Positions 17,704 through 32,583 of a stretch of DNA of 64,000 nucleotides are shown here, in pieces. The position numbers and the translations under genes are program-made. Location of the stretch: NCBI RefSeq assembly GCF_009914755.1, contig NC_060932.1. One strand, written 5' to 3'. Under the pieces are notes generated by a model. That model had not been told where the DNA came from and searched no databases. It saw nothing but the letters and a program-made list of their open reading frames with translations. This DNA comes from the human T2T-CHM13v2.0 reference genome, Homo sapiens. The number at the start of each line of letters is the position of its first letter. Position 1 is the first letter of the stretch.

Positions 17704-18482
17704 AAGAACTTTCTGGAGTTTAACCAAATAGAGAAAGTGGTCAGGTTGCGCCTGAACTGCTGTGGAGGGCACACGCTGTGTCTTATTTAGTCTTAGTAAT
17801 CTCGGTATGTGCCCCTGGCCCCAGGCCCTCATAAGCACTTGTTTAATTGACAGATGGACAGATGGATAACCCAGTAGTGCTGAATGATGATGGGCTTGCT
17901 GGTCAACCACTGAGCTGCCTGCTCCTTGGAGGGAGGCTACAGGGCTGGGCTCCGAGTCACACAGCGCAGGAGTTTTTTGAGCCTTTCTTAAGAGAACCCT
18001 TCAGGAGCTTACAGGCCAGAAATCAGATAAAATTGCATCCTGAGTATTATTTTTCCAGCTGAGTAAGATGCAGTTAATGGAAGGCTTAATACATACTTCT
18101 GAGCCCTGCGGAAAGAGAGACATTCTGCTGCTTCTGGAAATGAGTTTCTGGTTCTGCAGCCACAGGTCTCAGGTGAAGGAGAGGTGAGAATGGGCTGAAG
18201 CTCCAGTCTATATGTGCAAGACAGGATCACCAAGGTACTGCCCTTCCTTCCTAGGACATCTCTTTGCTAAGAGCCAGAGGTCTACAAAATCAAAGGGGAG
18301 CTGACAGAAGCCCCGTCCCCATGCCTGGCTACTACCTGCCTTAGAAGCAAAGGTTGTAGCATTTCCAGATCACAGAGGAACACACAGATGACCACACCTT
18401 TCTGTTCCATTTTCAGAGTCTCCAGGAGGGGGCGTGACTTGCCCAAGGTTGTACACTGGCTGAGGTGGCACTAAGATGAGAC

Positions 18483-18781
18483 CACAGCACCTGAGGAGAC
18501 ACCTGGCCCTGCTGTGGAGCCCAGGGTTCTGGTTCCTAGAGCGCCTGGAGCCTCGGAGCAACTTTCCTGAGACGGGGACCAGGGCCTCTCTCGGCCATAA
18601 TGGGCTCAATCCTGAACTCAGGTATGCTGATGCTCTGGGATTGTCCAGGCCACGGCACCCAAGGGGGATGGGGCTGTTTTTCCCAAATACCACCCCTCTT
18701 CCGAGTTCTTGGCCCCAGGAGCCCTTCTTTTTTAACAACTCACAAATCTATGTGAGCAAAATAAAAACAGAAAACAAAGTC
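18483..18781. repeat. Local diverged duplicate, copy A (299 bp)
   Basis: Colinear with 20581-20879; shared blocks ggccctgctgtgg, tctggttcctagagc, gcctcggagcaac, ggccacggcaccca, aaaacagaaaacaaagtc. Confidence 0.92.
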
Positions 18782-19296
18782 AGAGAGAACCTGGGGTCCC
18801 TAACTTCTCAGCACGTCTCTTCCAGCACACCCAGCCCCATGAACTGCTCCCCCAGGCTGGTGCCAATACCACCCTGTGATGAAGGAGGGACCTGAGCCCG
18901 CACACAGGGGCCTGAGCCTAATGGCTGTGCCAAGACAGAGGTCTGTCAGCCACTGCACCCCTACCTGGGCCCTGTCTGCCTGCTGCACCTCCCTCCCTGA
19001 GCTCAGCACAAGGTCAGCAGTGTAGTTGCCAAAACTGTTTCTTCTGCTATTTCTGTGGTTTTTGAATCCGGATTCCTGCCCTGCCTGGAAAGACGGGCCT
19101 GACACAGTGGACTGCAGTGTGCTGTGAACTCACAGCCTTAGTTAAAGAAGGCATTTTGAGAACACATGCAAAGCAAGAAGACAAAACCATTGCAAACTTC
19201 ACCAAACACAGAAATTGTGCAAAGAGGATTAAGGACTAAGACAAGTAGTTTCCTATTAGAGATACACCTTTCTTCTCTCCCATGCAATTTTGTTGG

Positions 19297-19298
<2 letters not shown>

Positions 19299-19331
<33 letters not shown>

Positions 19332-19616
19332 TGAGACGGAGTCTCGCTCTTTTGCCCAGGCTGGAGTGCACGGGCGCAATCTCGGCTAACTGCAACCTCC
19401 GTGCCTCCTGGGTTCAAGCAATTCTCCTGCCTCAGCCTCCCGAGCAGCTGGGATTACAGGAGCCCGCCACCATGCCTGGCTAATTTTTGTATTTTTAGTA
19501 GAGATAGGGTTTCACCATGTTGGCCAGGCTGGTCTTGAACTCCGGACCTCAGGTGATCCGCCTGCCTCGGCCTCCCAATGTGCTAGGATTACAGGCATGA
19601 ACCACCATGCCCAGCG
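19299..19616 (-). mobile_element. Alu (AluS-like)
   Basis: Antisense dimer with a long poly-T. Confidence 0.98.
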
Positions 19617-19779
19617 GATTTTTCTTGCTACACAACCCCCACCCCACTGCCACATTCCTGCAGACACTTGGAGGTAACTAAGGAAGGGATACTAGAGGTG
19701 AGCAGCCACTGTGATGGTAGCGGGGTATGGGAGCAAACACCCAGAGAATCAAACTCAAAGAGCGGGATGTTACACCAAG

Positions 19780-20120
19780 CACACTCCCTGCCCCAGGGCC
19801 TTTGCACCTGCTGTTCCCTCTACCAAAACTGTTCCTACCCCAGAATCCATATGGCTTGCTCACTCACTGCATTCACGTTTCTGTCCAAATGCCTTCCTTG
19901 GAGAAGCCTTCCCTGGTCACCCTAAAATCGCTGTCTCTGCCACTTGTTCTGTGGCATTCCCCTTCACAGCCTTCATCAGGAACTGGCGCTCGACAGTGGA
20001 CTGAATGTCTGTCCCTCTGTCTTCCCCCGCCAGAAGGCAGGCAGTTCATCCGACTCCCTGACTGCTGTGTGCCTGCTGGGAGCAGTGGTAGGCCCTCAAT
20101 GAGTACATGTGGACTGCAGG
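19780..20120 (+). mobile_element. L2 3' fragment
   Basis: 'cagggcctttgcacctgctgttccctctacc' L2 hallmark, ending 'gtaggccctcaatgagtacatg'. Confidence 0.75.
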
Positions 20121-20580
20121 GACAGCGAGCTGTGAAACAGCAAAGCGCTCAGCACTCAGGGAGCAAAGATTCATTTTGATTTGTGCCTCCCAAGAGGTGG
20201 GGGTGTGGTTGTTTCTGGGCCTCAGTGTCCTTATCTGGAAAATGGGATGATTATAATGAAACTTCCAATGAGCCCTGCCCATGAACAGCCAGGGCTGGTG
20301 TCCAGCTAGGGCAGGTGCCCTCAGATCTGTCAACCTCGTGTTTGGAGGGTTTTTTTTTTCTCTAGCTGAGCTCTGCTTGTCCCTGACTGAGCAGACCAAC
20401 TATCCTCAAAGAAGGGAAGGTAGAACTCAGCCCACAGACTTCCTTTGGCTTTTGCAAAAACAACAAAACCAAAAATACTACAAACCACACGGTGTAACTA
20501 CGCAACCATCCAGAGTGGTGCTGAGTGAGATTGAGTCCTGCCTGCCGGGCTCCTCTGTGGCTGAGGCAGAATGTGAGGCA

Positions 20581-20879
20581 CACAGCACACGACGAGGCAC
20601 CTGGGCCCTGCTGTGGGGTCCCAGGGGTCTGGTTCCTAGAGCTCCTGGGGCCTCGGAGCAACCCTCCTGGGAGAACAGACCCAGGCTCCTGCTGGCTACA
20701 GTGAGCTCGATCCTGAACCCAGGTGCGCCTAAGCTCCGGGTTTGTCCCGGCCACGGCACCCACTGGGAATGGGGATGTTTTTCTCAAATGCCACCACCCT
20801 TCTGAATTTTTGGACCCAGGGGCCCTCTCCTTTCAACCCAGGAATCTGTGTGAGTACCATCAAAACAGAAAACAAAGTC
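20581..20879. repeat. Local diverged duplicate, copy B (299 bp)
   Basis: Colinear with 18483-18781 at an offset of 2098 bp. Confidence 0.92.
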
Positions 20880-20919
20880 GCAGGTCTCCCCTTTTTAAGG
20901 CAAAGAAAGCAAGGCAATT

Positions 20920-21045
20920 TAGAGCACAGGTTCTGGAGTGAAAGAGAGCTGGGTTCGAATCCCAGCTCTGCCACTTACCGGCTGTGTGACCTCAGTGGAG
21001 TCTCTTAACCTCTCTGAACCTCAGTTTCTTCATCTGAAAAACAGA
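20920..21045 (+). mobile_element. MIR
   Basis: 'gggttcgaatcccagctctgccacttaccggctgtgtgacc...cctcagtttcttcatctg' is near consensus. Confidence 0.9.
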
Positions 21046-21484
21046 AGAAAATACTCGGGAGACTTAGCATGGGGAGAGGGCGTGAGGATTGGTGAGACAG
21101 TTTCTTTCCCTACTTGGCTCAGATATACACAGTAAATGTTAAGTGCTCATGTGAAGCCTCTGAGCCCTTTCAAGCCACTCAGTGTGGGGAGAGAAGAGAG
21201 TCACCTAAAGAGCACTGGATGGGAGCCAGGGGACCTACGTGCAGAAGCTTCCTGTCCCAAACTGCAAACAGAAAGCTCTGAACCGCATGATCTCTAAGAC
21301 CACTTCCTGTTGTAAAAATGCTAAATTTGGAGAGCCTGCCCCAGAGAGTTTTAATCAACATGCAAAACACCGAAATGGGGGAAGAATGAGGCAAAGAGGG
21401 CCAGGACAAAGGGCTCTTGCTCAAACCCTGAAGGATGAGGATGGGTGGGGTAGACAGAAAGTGAGAGGATGGCACATCCTTTTT

Positions 21485-21680
21485 CTGGGACCTGCTGTGT
21501 GCCTGGCACTGGGTTAAGGCCTTTCACATACATTATTTAGCCTCATGACAGTCCCTTGGGGTAGCTCCAGCCTCGCCATCACACACAAGGAAACCGAAGC
21601 TCGGAGGTCGAGCAGCTCGGCGTACTAAGGGGAGCAAGGGCAGAATGGGGACTGGAATCCAGGTCTGCAGGTCAAAGGCT
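21485..21680 (-). mobile_element. MIR
   Basis: Antisense MIR tail and core. Confidence 0.65.
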
Positions 21681-22399
21681 GTTCTCACCCACCCCCATCC
21701 CCAAGGAAGCGTGTGCACTCGCAACAGGGCTGGGGGCAGGTCACAGATCTCACTGGGCAGGGGCGGGAGGTAGTTCTGAGTCTGGCATATTCTTCTAACT
21801 GGCAGGAAACAGACAGCTAGGCATTTTGCGAAGGAACAGAGAGACGTGAATCTAAGACTCAAGATCAGAGAAGTGGTGTTGTCATTGTTGTAATGTTTTT
21901 CCTAAATCTTGAATGAGAAGAGGGTGCTCAGTTGAGGGCAATAACAAATGATAATCATGCTCTACCCACAGCTGGCAGCAGCTTTGGTCACAGCTGCTTT
22001 TGCTCCTGTCACCTGTAATGCACTTTTCCACCAGGGACAGGGATAAAAAGAACTTTCTGAGCTGTTAAGACCGCCTGGGCCTCATTCTCACCCTCTCCCC
22101 ATGCCCCATCAATAATGGATGAGTCTGAGGCCCTCAGACGTTAATATCACACCAAGAGGCCCACGGGGGCCAGAAGGAGGGAGGAGGTGCCTAGGGTGGG
22201 GCTGCCCTGCCTCTGACTCTCTAAAGAAACAACTCGAAAGGGACATTTTTAGTATAATTACAAGTAAGTACTTTTCAGAACAAGCAACACCTGCTCTTTG
22301 CGTCCTTTTCCCCAACACTGCAGGGAAGGTTATAGGGAGGAGACACAGCTTAACATAACTAATGTCACCTGGGTCTGAGGGCAGTGATGAGGGTGGGGG

Positions 22400-22630
22400 G
22401 CTATGAAGCGAGACAGCCTGGGTCCAATTCTCAGCCCTGTCATTCACTGGCTGTACATCCTGCTAGGAGTCACTTAACCTCACTGTGCCTCAGTTTCCTC
22501 ATCTGTAAAGAAAAAGAATAGTAGTCCCCACCTCCTAGGGTTGCCAAGAAGATTAAGAGGATCAATGAATATGAAGTGCGTAAAGCATGCCTGGCCTCTC
22601 AGCCATGCTCCCTGAGGGCTGAACTATCAT
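22400..22630 (+). mobile_element. MIR
   Basis: 'gtcacttaacctcactgtgcctcagtttcctcatctgtaaa'. Confidence 0.9.
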
Positions 22631-23310
22631 CATCTTCATCATCATCATCACCTTCTACTCTGGGTCAGATGCTGTACATCTCACAGGAGGTATCTTTGTT
22701 CCTGTTTCCCTGATGAGGAAGTTGAGACTGAGAAGGTCAAAAATGCACTGAATTAGTCATCATACAAATAATGAATTAGCAGTGAGCTGGGAGGGCACCA
22801 AGAACTTTCACCTGGTGCTTTCCTTCCTAACACTGCTGGGCTGAGCCACACCAGGCAAGGGGACTTGGACAGGCTTGGCTGTCCCCACGGCCTTTAATCT
22901 GTCTCTCCTCGGCTAACAGAGCTCTCTAATAAACAAACAGCCTCAGACATCGTTCTTTCTAAGCAAGGCCAGATGTGGGAAAGGTAACATGAGCGAGGAT
23001 AGAAAAATCAACACAGGGTTTTTCAGTGTTGCCATGGAATCCCAAGAGTTCACCCCAAGCCTAGGTCGTTCTGTGTCTGTGGGTGGCTACTCAAGAGCAG
23101 GAAAACACTCAGGCTCCTAGTCATAACCAGAAACTGCCCCAGACACAGGCAGCTAGAGTAAGTTCTCCTATGCCCGTCCAGCCCAGCCCTATCCGGCAGG
23201 GTCATTAGGTGCTCTCTTGAGGTGGGGAGCAGTAGCTGTGGGAGAGGGTTTGGAGAAGTACTGTCAATTTGGAATCTATAAGAACATTTATGTAAAAGAA
23301 CAATCTCTCT

Positions 23311-23832
<522 letters not shown>

Positions 23833-24114
23833 TCAAACCCTGCGTGCCTTCTGTCAACTGCCTCAGGATTCACCGGGGGACTCAAGCATCCATTTCCTGG
23901 TCACCTCATTTATGCCAGGAATTGGGAGAGGTTGCCAAAGGACAAAGAAAGCAAATGAGGCATTATCAGTGCAGGGAATAGCCAATATGATAATGTGGGG
24001 CCTGCTATCCCTGGGGTACTAAGAGCAGCTTAGCTCTTATTCAGTGCTTGCCTGTAGGCCAGACGCTGTCCTAACCCATTTAAATCATCACAAGAGCCCT
24101 GCAGAATTGGCCCT

Positions 24115-24515
24115 TGCTATGGAATGAACCGTCCCCCACACCCCCACCAAATTCATATGTTGATGCCTTAACCCTCAAGATGACTGTATTTGGAGATAAG
24201 GCCTTTAGGAAGGTAATAAGGTTAAATAAGGTCATAATGGTGGGGCCCTAATCTGCTAGAATTGATGTCCTTATAAAAAAAAAAAAAAAGAGGTGCCAGA
24301 AAGCACTCTCACCATATGCACATAAGAAAGCCATGTGAGGACAAATTAGAAGGCTGCCATTTGCAAGCCAGAAAGAGAGCCCTCATCAGAAACCAACCCT
24401 GATGACACCTTGATCTTGGGCTTCCAGCTTCCAGATCTGTGAGAAAATAAATTTCTGTCGTTTAAGCTACCGAGTTTGTGATATTTTGTTATGGTAGTTC
24501 TAGCAAATTAATGCA
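24115..24515 (+). mobile_element. MLT1A-type MaLR solo LTR inserted in a MIR
   Basis: TG...CA termini; 'accttgatcttgggcttccagcttccagatctgtgagaaaataaatttctg'; antisense MIR pieces on both flanks. Confidence 0.9.
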
Positions 24516-24669
24516 GGACTATAATTATCATCCCCATTTTGCAGTTGAGGAAGCTGAGGCACAGTGTGGTCAAGCACTTTGCTGAAGGCCATATGACTAC
24601 AACTATTAAGTGACAGAGATAGGAGTCAGACCCAGGCATCTGTCTGCAGAGCCCAGTGTGGCCAACTGC

Positions 24670-25062
24670 ATTATGCAACTATTTATTCCCCTTCTAGCAG
24701 CCTCCACCTCTCACTGTGGGAGGACAGACAGTATACCTCCCTGCTCCACTGACATTGGGCTTGGCCATGTCACTTGCTTTGGTTGACAGAGTGTGTGCAG
24801 TTCTGGTATGTGCCATCTCTGAGCAGAAAGCTGAAATCTGACTAAGTAGTTCTTTCAGTTCTGGTTAGAGGACAGCATGTCCTGGTTAGCGACTACCTTC
24901 ACCCTGGACCTTAAACTGAGAAAATTCACAGAGCATTGCTGAGCCACAGCTGACCTGCAGGTTACCCACAGCATTTTCACTTGTAACGAACAAGAAATAA
25001 ACACCTGTTGCAAGTCACTGAGCTTGGAAGATTTTGTTATGCAGCAAAGCTGACAAACACAG
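24670..25062 (+). mobile_element. Old MaLR LTR (MLT1H/I/J-like)
   Basis: 'ttgggcttggccatgtcacttgctttgg' and 3' 'ttgttatgcagcaaagctgac'. Confidence 0.75.
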
Positions 25063-25119
25063 AGTTCCTTTTGCAAGTATTCTAACGCCCCCCAACAAAC
25101 GTTTGATTTGTAAGAACTG

Positions 25120-25290
25120 AGTAGATAGTCAGGAGAGCCGACTTCCACTCAGGCTCTGCCATTTTGCAGCTCAGTGGCCATGGATAAGCCATTTCATCTC
25201 TGAACTTTAGTTTTCTCATCTGCAAAACAGGGATAATAAGCATCCTTACATTCTGGGGCTGTTGTAAGGATTCAGTGCCTGTAACAATTA
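25120..25290 (+). mobile_element. MIR
   Basis: MIR core 'ctctgaactttagttttctcatctgcaaaacagggataat'. Confidence 0.8.
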
Positions 25291-26965
25291 GGATCCACTG
25301 TCTGCTCCCCCTCCGCCCCATCTCCGCCACCCCTCCTTGAAGGCCCTCCCTCCTTCCTTTCCTTCCTCTCTCCGTCCAGCCCCCCACTTCCTGGCTGCCT
25401 TAAGAAACTCCACCCTAGCTGGGCCAATTGTTCTTTGATCAATTGTTTTTCCTTATCTGTGTCTAACCCGCATGGACTCTTCTGCCTGGCTTTTACAAAT
25501 GGCAAGTACGTCGCAGCTCCACCCTAGGCCTTATCGTTAACAAGGACTTTCCTGAATATCTCCAGATGTAGTGAAAGCAGGTACATGTCAAGTATATGGA
25601 ACTACATGGCATTTCCTAAAAATAACTGAACGAGAGTGGAGAAAAAAACATGCACTGCCCACCTTGAAAGGCAGAGATGGCAGCACTGTGAATTATGTTT
25701 ACGATGAGGTGATGCATTAGGGCTGAAGATAGAGGAGTCTGGATTAGAATCAAGTGCTGCTCTTTCAGCACAGCCTTACAGTAGGTGCTCCCTCAGCCAG
25801 GCAGTGTGGGATGTCTACACTGTACATGGAGAGGAGGGGAGGCTGGTCCTGCTCAGGGAGGTGGCAGAAAGGAGGCTGGGAGGAGCAGAACTTCACTGGG
25901 TTCCTGTGAAGGCTGGGCTTTCCCAGCCTGGAGGATCACTGAAGCCCAGCATGGAAGGTGGAGAGGGAGGGCATCTGGAGAGTCTGACTCCTCTCCCCCT
26001 CCTCCAGTCCTGCATCATAGATGAGAAACTAAGGCCTGGAAAAGGGCAGTGCCTTCCCCAAGGTCATGGAGCCAGCCAGCCTCAGAACTTGGACTAGAAC
26101 CCAGTCTCCTGAGACCTGCTCAGTCATCATTCCATCGCTGGGCCTCCTGCTCAGTTAGAAGGAAATGAGATTCATCCCTTTTGCTGGCTTGGAAGGCAAA
26201 TGTCAAGTTTCTCTGCTCTTGTGGGTGGATTTACCAAAACTCAATCCAATCCAATCAGCTTTTCTTTGAGTCATTTCAAAACATCTCCCGTTTCTGGGAA
26301 AGAATCAAGCCCATTCACCCACTGCCTGGGGCCTGGAACTGAAAGTGGGTAGTGAAGTGGGAAGTCAATCCCAGGCATAAAATAATAGCTGCTTGTTTCT
26401 GGTTTGGTTTTTTGAGTCCTTATTTGTTAGTTTGTTTTTCCCCCAAGTCCTGAGATAGGCCATGCTGGGGGAGAGTGGCCACAGGAAGGTACAGGCTCTG
26501 CCCTCAAGAGCTTCCACTCAAGAGTATGAGATAGGACCTTCTATGGTCGAGAAGAGACAGGGGAATTCAGCATAGGTTGGGCTGGGCAGGGAAGGCTTCG
26601 GAGAGGAGGTCAGACTGGCAACTCTTCTGGAAAATGGGAAGAAGATGACAAGGCAGAAGAGAAAAGGAATTCTAGTCTTGGAGGGTAAAGTTTTGAAAAG
26701 GAGTGAGGAGGACAAACATTCCAGATTTTTGTTTTTTCGGGGGATCTAGGGGGAAGTAGAAAGAGTTGGTAATGGGGAGGAGAATCCACGATCTCGAAGT
26801 TCAGGAAGTTGGGTGAGAGTGAGCCTCAGTTTCTTCATCTGCTAAACAGAAAAGACGGGCTAACTCTGCAGACACCTGGGGGTGGTCAATGATGTAGTAC
26901 ATGTGAAACATCCCAGAACAGGCACTGCAGACAATTTGGAGTTGCAGTATCCAATGCAGGATCCA

Positions 26966-27413
26966 TGGTTGACAGACAATTCTTCATGGGTCTCTTGCAC
27001 TTCTGTGTGTCTTGCAAGCAGAAGCACTGACAGCCTTCTTTTCTGAACTACCTTTTTAAGGAGGCACAGAGCCTGGAACATAGAGATAGTGTCTCCTTCC
27101 AGAGCAGGGCTCAGGTGTGCTTACTCTCCAGTATCATAAAGATAATGCCTCCCTCCAAGAGAGAAGTTGAGTAGGTTCACTTGCAGCCCATTATAATAAA
27201 AGATTGTGGTTCCTCATCTATGAAGCAAGCCCGTGGGTCTTGGGGTACAAGTAGAAATGATGTAAACATGAAACTTAAGGCTGCCTGCCGTGCTGGAGTA
27301 AAGTCTTTTGGCTCTGATCCAGGAAGCTGCTATCTTTTGTCAGCATCTGCCAACGAGCTAATTTGTTGGCTTGCAAATAGGTTGACATCTCAGGTCTGTC
27401 ACAGTTCTTTATA
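26966..27413 (+). mobile_element. LTR40-like ERVL LTR (near complete)
   Basis: 'agacaattcttcatgggtctcttgcac...agagatagtgtctcc...ctctgatccagga...cacagttcttt'. Confidence 0.75.
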
Positions 27414-27416
27414 TCT

Positions 27417-27998
27417 ACTAGCCTCACGTGGCTATTTCTTTTCTTTCTTTTCTTTTCTTTTTTTTTTTGAGACGAAGTTTCACTCTTGTCGCCCAGGGTG
27501 GAGTGCGGTGGTGCAATCTTGGCTCACTGCAATCTCCACCTCCTGGGTTCAAGCGAGTCTCCTGCCTCAGTCTCCTGAGTAGCTGGGATTACAGGTGTGT
27601 GCCACCATGCCTGGCTAATTTTTGTATTTTTAGTGGAGACAGGGTTTCACTATATCGGCCAGGCTAGTCTCGAACTCCTGACCCCACAATCCACCCACCT
27701 CGGCCTCCCAAAGTGCTGGAATTACAGGCGTGAGCCACCGCACTCACCTGCTATTTCTAATTAAACTTATATTTTAAATTTAAAATACAAGTCCTCAGTT
27801 GCACTCATTAATTAACTAATTAATGCCACTAATTAAATTAACTGAATTAAAATAGAATAAAATTTAAAGAACAGTTCCTCAGTTGCACCAGCTCAATTTC
27901 AAGTGCTTAACAGTCTCATGTGGCTAGCAGCTACTGACCTGGGCAGTACCGACATAGAGCATTTCCATCATCAGGAAAGTTCTATTGGAGAGTGCTGA
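27417..27998 (+). mobile_element. MER33 (hAT-Charlie) with an internal duplication, split by an Alu
   Basis: 'cagttcctcagttgcaccagctcaatttcaagtgct...catttccatcatcaggaaagttctattgga'. Confidence 0.85.
27440..27749 (-). mobile_element. Alu (AluS-like)
   Basis: Antisense dimer, TSD gctatttct. Confidence 0.97.
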
Positions 27999-28248
27999 CC
28001 GAGAAGTAGAGAGCACAGGTTCTGGGCCAGACTGACTTGCATTAACCCTTGTTCTATTCCTCACTGGCTTTGAGACTTTGAATAGGTTATTATACCTCAC
28101 TGAGTTCCAATTTTTCATCTGTAAGATGAGAACAACAGGACTGACCTGATGGGGTCCTTGTGAGGCTCACACAAGACAACACGTACAAAGCGATCTGCCC
28201 AGCTTGGGCATGTGGCAAGGGCTCCCTAAATAAGAGCAAATATTTTTA

Positions 28249-28833
<585 letters not shown>

Positions 28834-30712
28834 AAGAAACTTGGCAAACTGCAGAGGGACCTCAAAACCCAGGCCTACAAGTTAGTCCTTGACCCAGAGA
28901 CATTTGGGAGCCTCAGAAGATTATAGGCAGCAGGAAGGAAAGACAGAAATCCAAGAATTCCACATAAGAAACGTGTTCTAGACTCTGGAGTCCAAGTAAT
29001 TTGGTGTTTGAATCAGATGCCAGGTGACAGTAGGGAAGAGAAATGAGTGTGCTACCATGCTGTTGGGGAAAGATGGACATTCTCAACTCCACTACTCATC
29101 AGTAGAGGAAACCACAGGATAAGGTTCCTTGACTTCCCTCTTTGCTCTCTGAAGTCCTGCAGTGCCTTCTGGGTCTGCCTGGAGAAAGAGAAAGAACAGG
29201 AAGGCACAGTCTTGTGATGCATCTTCCCCCCAACCCACGCCCATGGCGATGGTAGGGAAGAGCATAGGCTTTGGCCCAGGAGGGTTGGCTTCGAGTCCTG
29301 GCACTGCCATTCCTAGCTGTGAAGGTATTCCCAGGAAGGTATTTCACCTCTGCCAGCCACGGCTTCCACCTTGCAGGCACGGGCATTACCAGGCCCATTT
29401 CTCGGGGTTGCTGGGAAAGTTAGATGAGATAATATAGGCCAAGTCTCTTGGAGAGTTCCTGGCACATTGTAGGGACATGAAGAAAAGAAGACGTATTGTT
29501 TCTTTCTTCTCCAGGCCAGCCCAAAGGACGAGCAGGAAACCTGAGCAGCATGGAGGGCAGGGGATGGTAATCAAGAACCACTGGACTTTCCTTAGGTAGC
29601 AAATTACGCCCGGTGACCCTCGGAGCCACTTCACCTGGAAAGGCAGGTTTCAGGTTTTCATTTCCTTAGCTGGGGTCAGGCTACCTGGAAGGTGCTGGGT
29701 CCCTGCAGAGTAGATGCTGCTGGCACTCTGCCCAGAGGCCTCTTCTGGCTGGGCCACCACCCCTCAGCTGCTGTGACTATTGGCTGCTGACAGCTCACAG
29801 CTGTCCCTTGATCCAGAGAACTGCCTCTGGCCACAGAGGAGCTGCCTCCCCTGGGAGGTGCCCACCCTCTCACCCCCCACACCCTAGGCAGCCCACAGAC
29901 AATGACAGAGGGACATGGGGTTACACAGGGTTGGCCTCCTTTACCTTTTCCTTCAGTTTCCCCCACTGATGGTAAGTACTAGAGTTGAAAAAAAGGCATC
30001 TTTCCCCAACAGCGTGGAGGCACACTCATTTCTCTTCCCTACTGCCACCTGGAGTCTGATTCAAACACCAAACTACCTGGACTCCAGAGTCCAGAACACG
30101 TTTCTTATGTGGAATTATCGGATTCCTGTCTTTCCTTTCTGCTGCCTATAATCTTCTGAGGCTCCCAAATGTCCCTGAGTCCAGGCCAAATTTTCAGGTT
30201 TGTGGGACAGCCTCATGGTACAGTTTGTGCTCTGGGGTTGGCCGTGGGATCAGGCTGAAGGTTGACTCTAGCTGGGAGCACATCCCTGCTCAGCAGCTCC
30301 CCTGCGTAGCCCTGTGTCCCCCACCGTTTCCCTGGAACACTTCCTCTGCAATCTACGTGCACGGAGTCCCAGACTCAGGTTCTACAGGGAGGAAACTGAG
30401 ATCCCTGTTTGAGGCTGATCTCTGCAGCGACTGTAAGGAAGAGACAATCTCAGAAGCAGGGCACTCGCTCAAATTCAGAGACCTTTCTCAAGAGCTGGGA
30501 GGATCCTCTATAACCACCGAGTCCAGACTCTTGGCTTTTGTGAGGAACCAGAGCCATTGGTCATTTAGTAAAGACTCGTTGGGTCCCAAGAATGTGCCAG
30601 GCTCTCTTTGGGATACTGGAGATACAATGAGGAGTGAAATATATAGTCCCTCTCTGAAAGCTTGTGCATCATACAAAACAGTGCAGATAATGGTAAATGC
30701 TTTTGCACAAAA

Positions 30713-31350
30713 CCCCATAAGACTTAGAGGCAAGCAGAAATGACGCAAGTATGAAACTCAAGCTGGCTGCCCGCTGTGCTTTGAGTAATGAAGTCCCTTG
30801 TCTCTGATCCAGGAAGCTCCTGTCTTCTGCCAGCATCTGTCAGCAGGCTAATTTGTCAGCTTGCAAATAGGGAGACATCTCAGGCTTGTCACAGTTCTTT
30901 ACAGTTACTAGCCTCATGTGGCTATTTCCAATTAAAATTAAATTTTAAGTTTAAAATGCAGTTCCTCAGATGCACTCATTAATTAACTAATTAGTGTTCC
31001 TAACTAAATTAGCTAATAAATTAAAATAATTAGCTAATTAACTAAAACTGAATGAAATTTAAAGCACAGTTCCTCAGTGTCACCAGCCAAATTTCAAGTG
31101 CTTAGTAGCCTCATGCAGTGAGCGGCTACTGAACAGGACAGTACAGATATTGAATATTTCCATCACTGGGAAAGTTCTATCGGAGAACACTGGTTGTGCA
31201 GTTGAGGCACAGGGTCTAGGGCCAGACAGACGTGGGTTCCACCCTTGTGTTTCACTTGACGGGAGACTCTGAGTTAGCTATGGAGCCTCTCTAAGGTTCA
31301 TCTGTAAAATGAGAATAGGACTTCACAAGCCTCCTGTGAGGATCACAGAA
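30713..31350 (+). repeat. Second copy of the LTR40(3')-MER33-MIR cassette
   Basis: Colinear with ~27247-28175 minus the Alu; same LTR/MER33 junction. Confidence 0.9.
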
Positions 31351-31631
31351 CATCACTGCAAATGACAGGGCGTGGGGCACCAGGGGGACCATGAGACTGA
31401 GCTCCTGAGTGAGCCGCTTGCAAACACCATGTGAGGAGAGCGGAGCTCAGGCGGAGGGACATGCCAGTGGGAGATCACAGGGTGGAAAGTAGCTGGTGGT
31501 AGTCAGCCGGTGTGGGACAGGTGTGCTGAGTAAAAGGGATAATTATACAGGACGAGGTCAGTGAGGGAAGCAGAGCTGATCATGTCCCTCTGGAGGGCAG
31601 TGAATGTAACCCAGCAAAAATTAGTGAAGGA

Positions 31632-32005
<374 letters not shown>

Positions 32006-32419
32006 TCACACACCTGTTTTCAGGGGACTTCCCAGGTTAAGCCTTTCAAAAAATAGATTTCAACAACTGAAGATGAATCCTGGGGAATAAGCCAATTAGT
32101 GGCCTTTTGAACACCAGCTCCACTTCCCAAAGGGCTTCTCTGGGCACAATGTGCAGGCAACTATCAGATACGAGGCCAATAAATATACCATCACCCCTTC
32201 ACCTCACATCATGTGAAACACAGGCTACTGGAAGCTTGGTGAATACCTGCTGCACATCGTTAGAGAGGAACTGAGGCAGAGTGAGCTTTCAGAGATAGTC
32301 TGCACCTATCTGAAGAGAGCGGGTCCACTATGTACATGCCGGGCAATTCTAAACCAGTGCTAAAGCATTTGGACGCTCAGACTTCTCCTCTGTAAAATGG
32401 GAATGCAAGTAAAAATGAG

Positions 32420-32583
32420 AGTGGATTGAAAATTTCAGTTTAAAATGCAGTTTTTCAATTGCATTAATTAACTAATTAGTGCCACTAATTAATTAGCTAA
32501 TTAATTAAAATAATTAGCTAATAATTAAAATGGAATAAAATTTAAAGCACCGTTCCTCAGTTGCACCAGCCCAATTTCAAGTG
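32420..32583 (+). repeat. Third partial copy of the derived MER33 segment
   Basis: 'cattaattaactaattagtgccactaatt...aaatttaaagcaccgttcctcagttgcaccagcccaatttcaagtg'. Confidence 0.85.
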
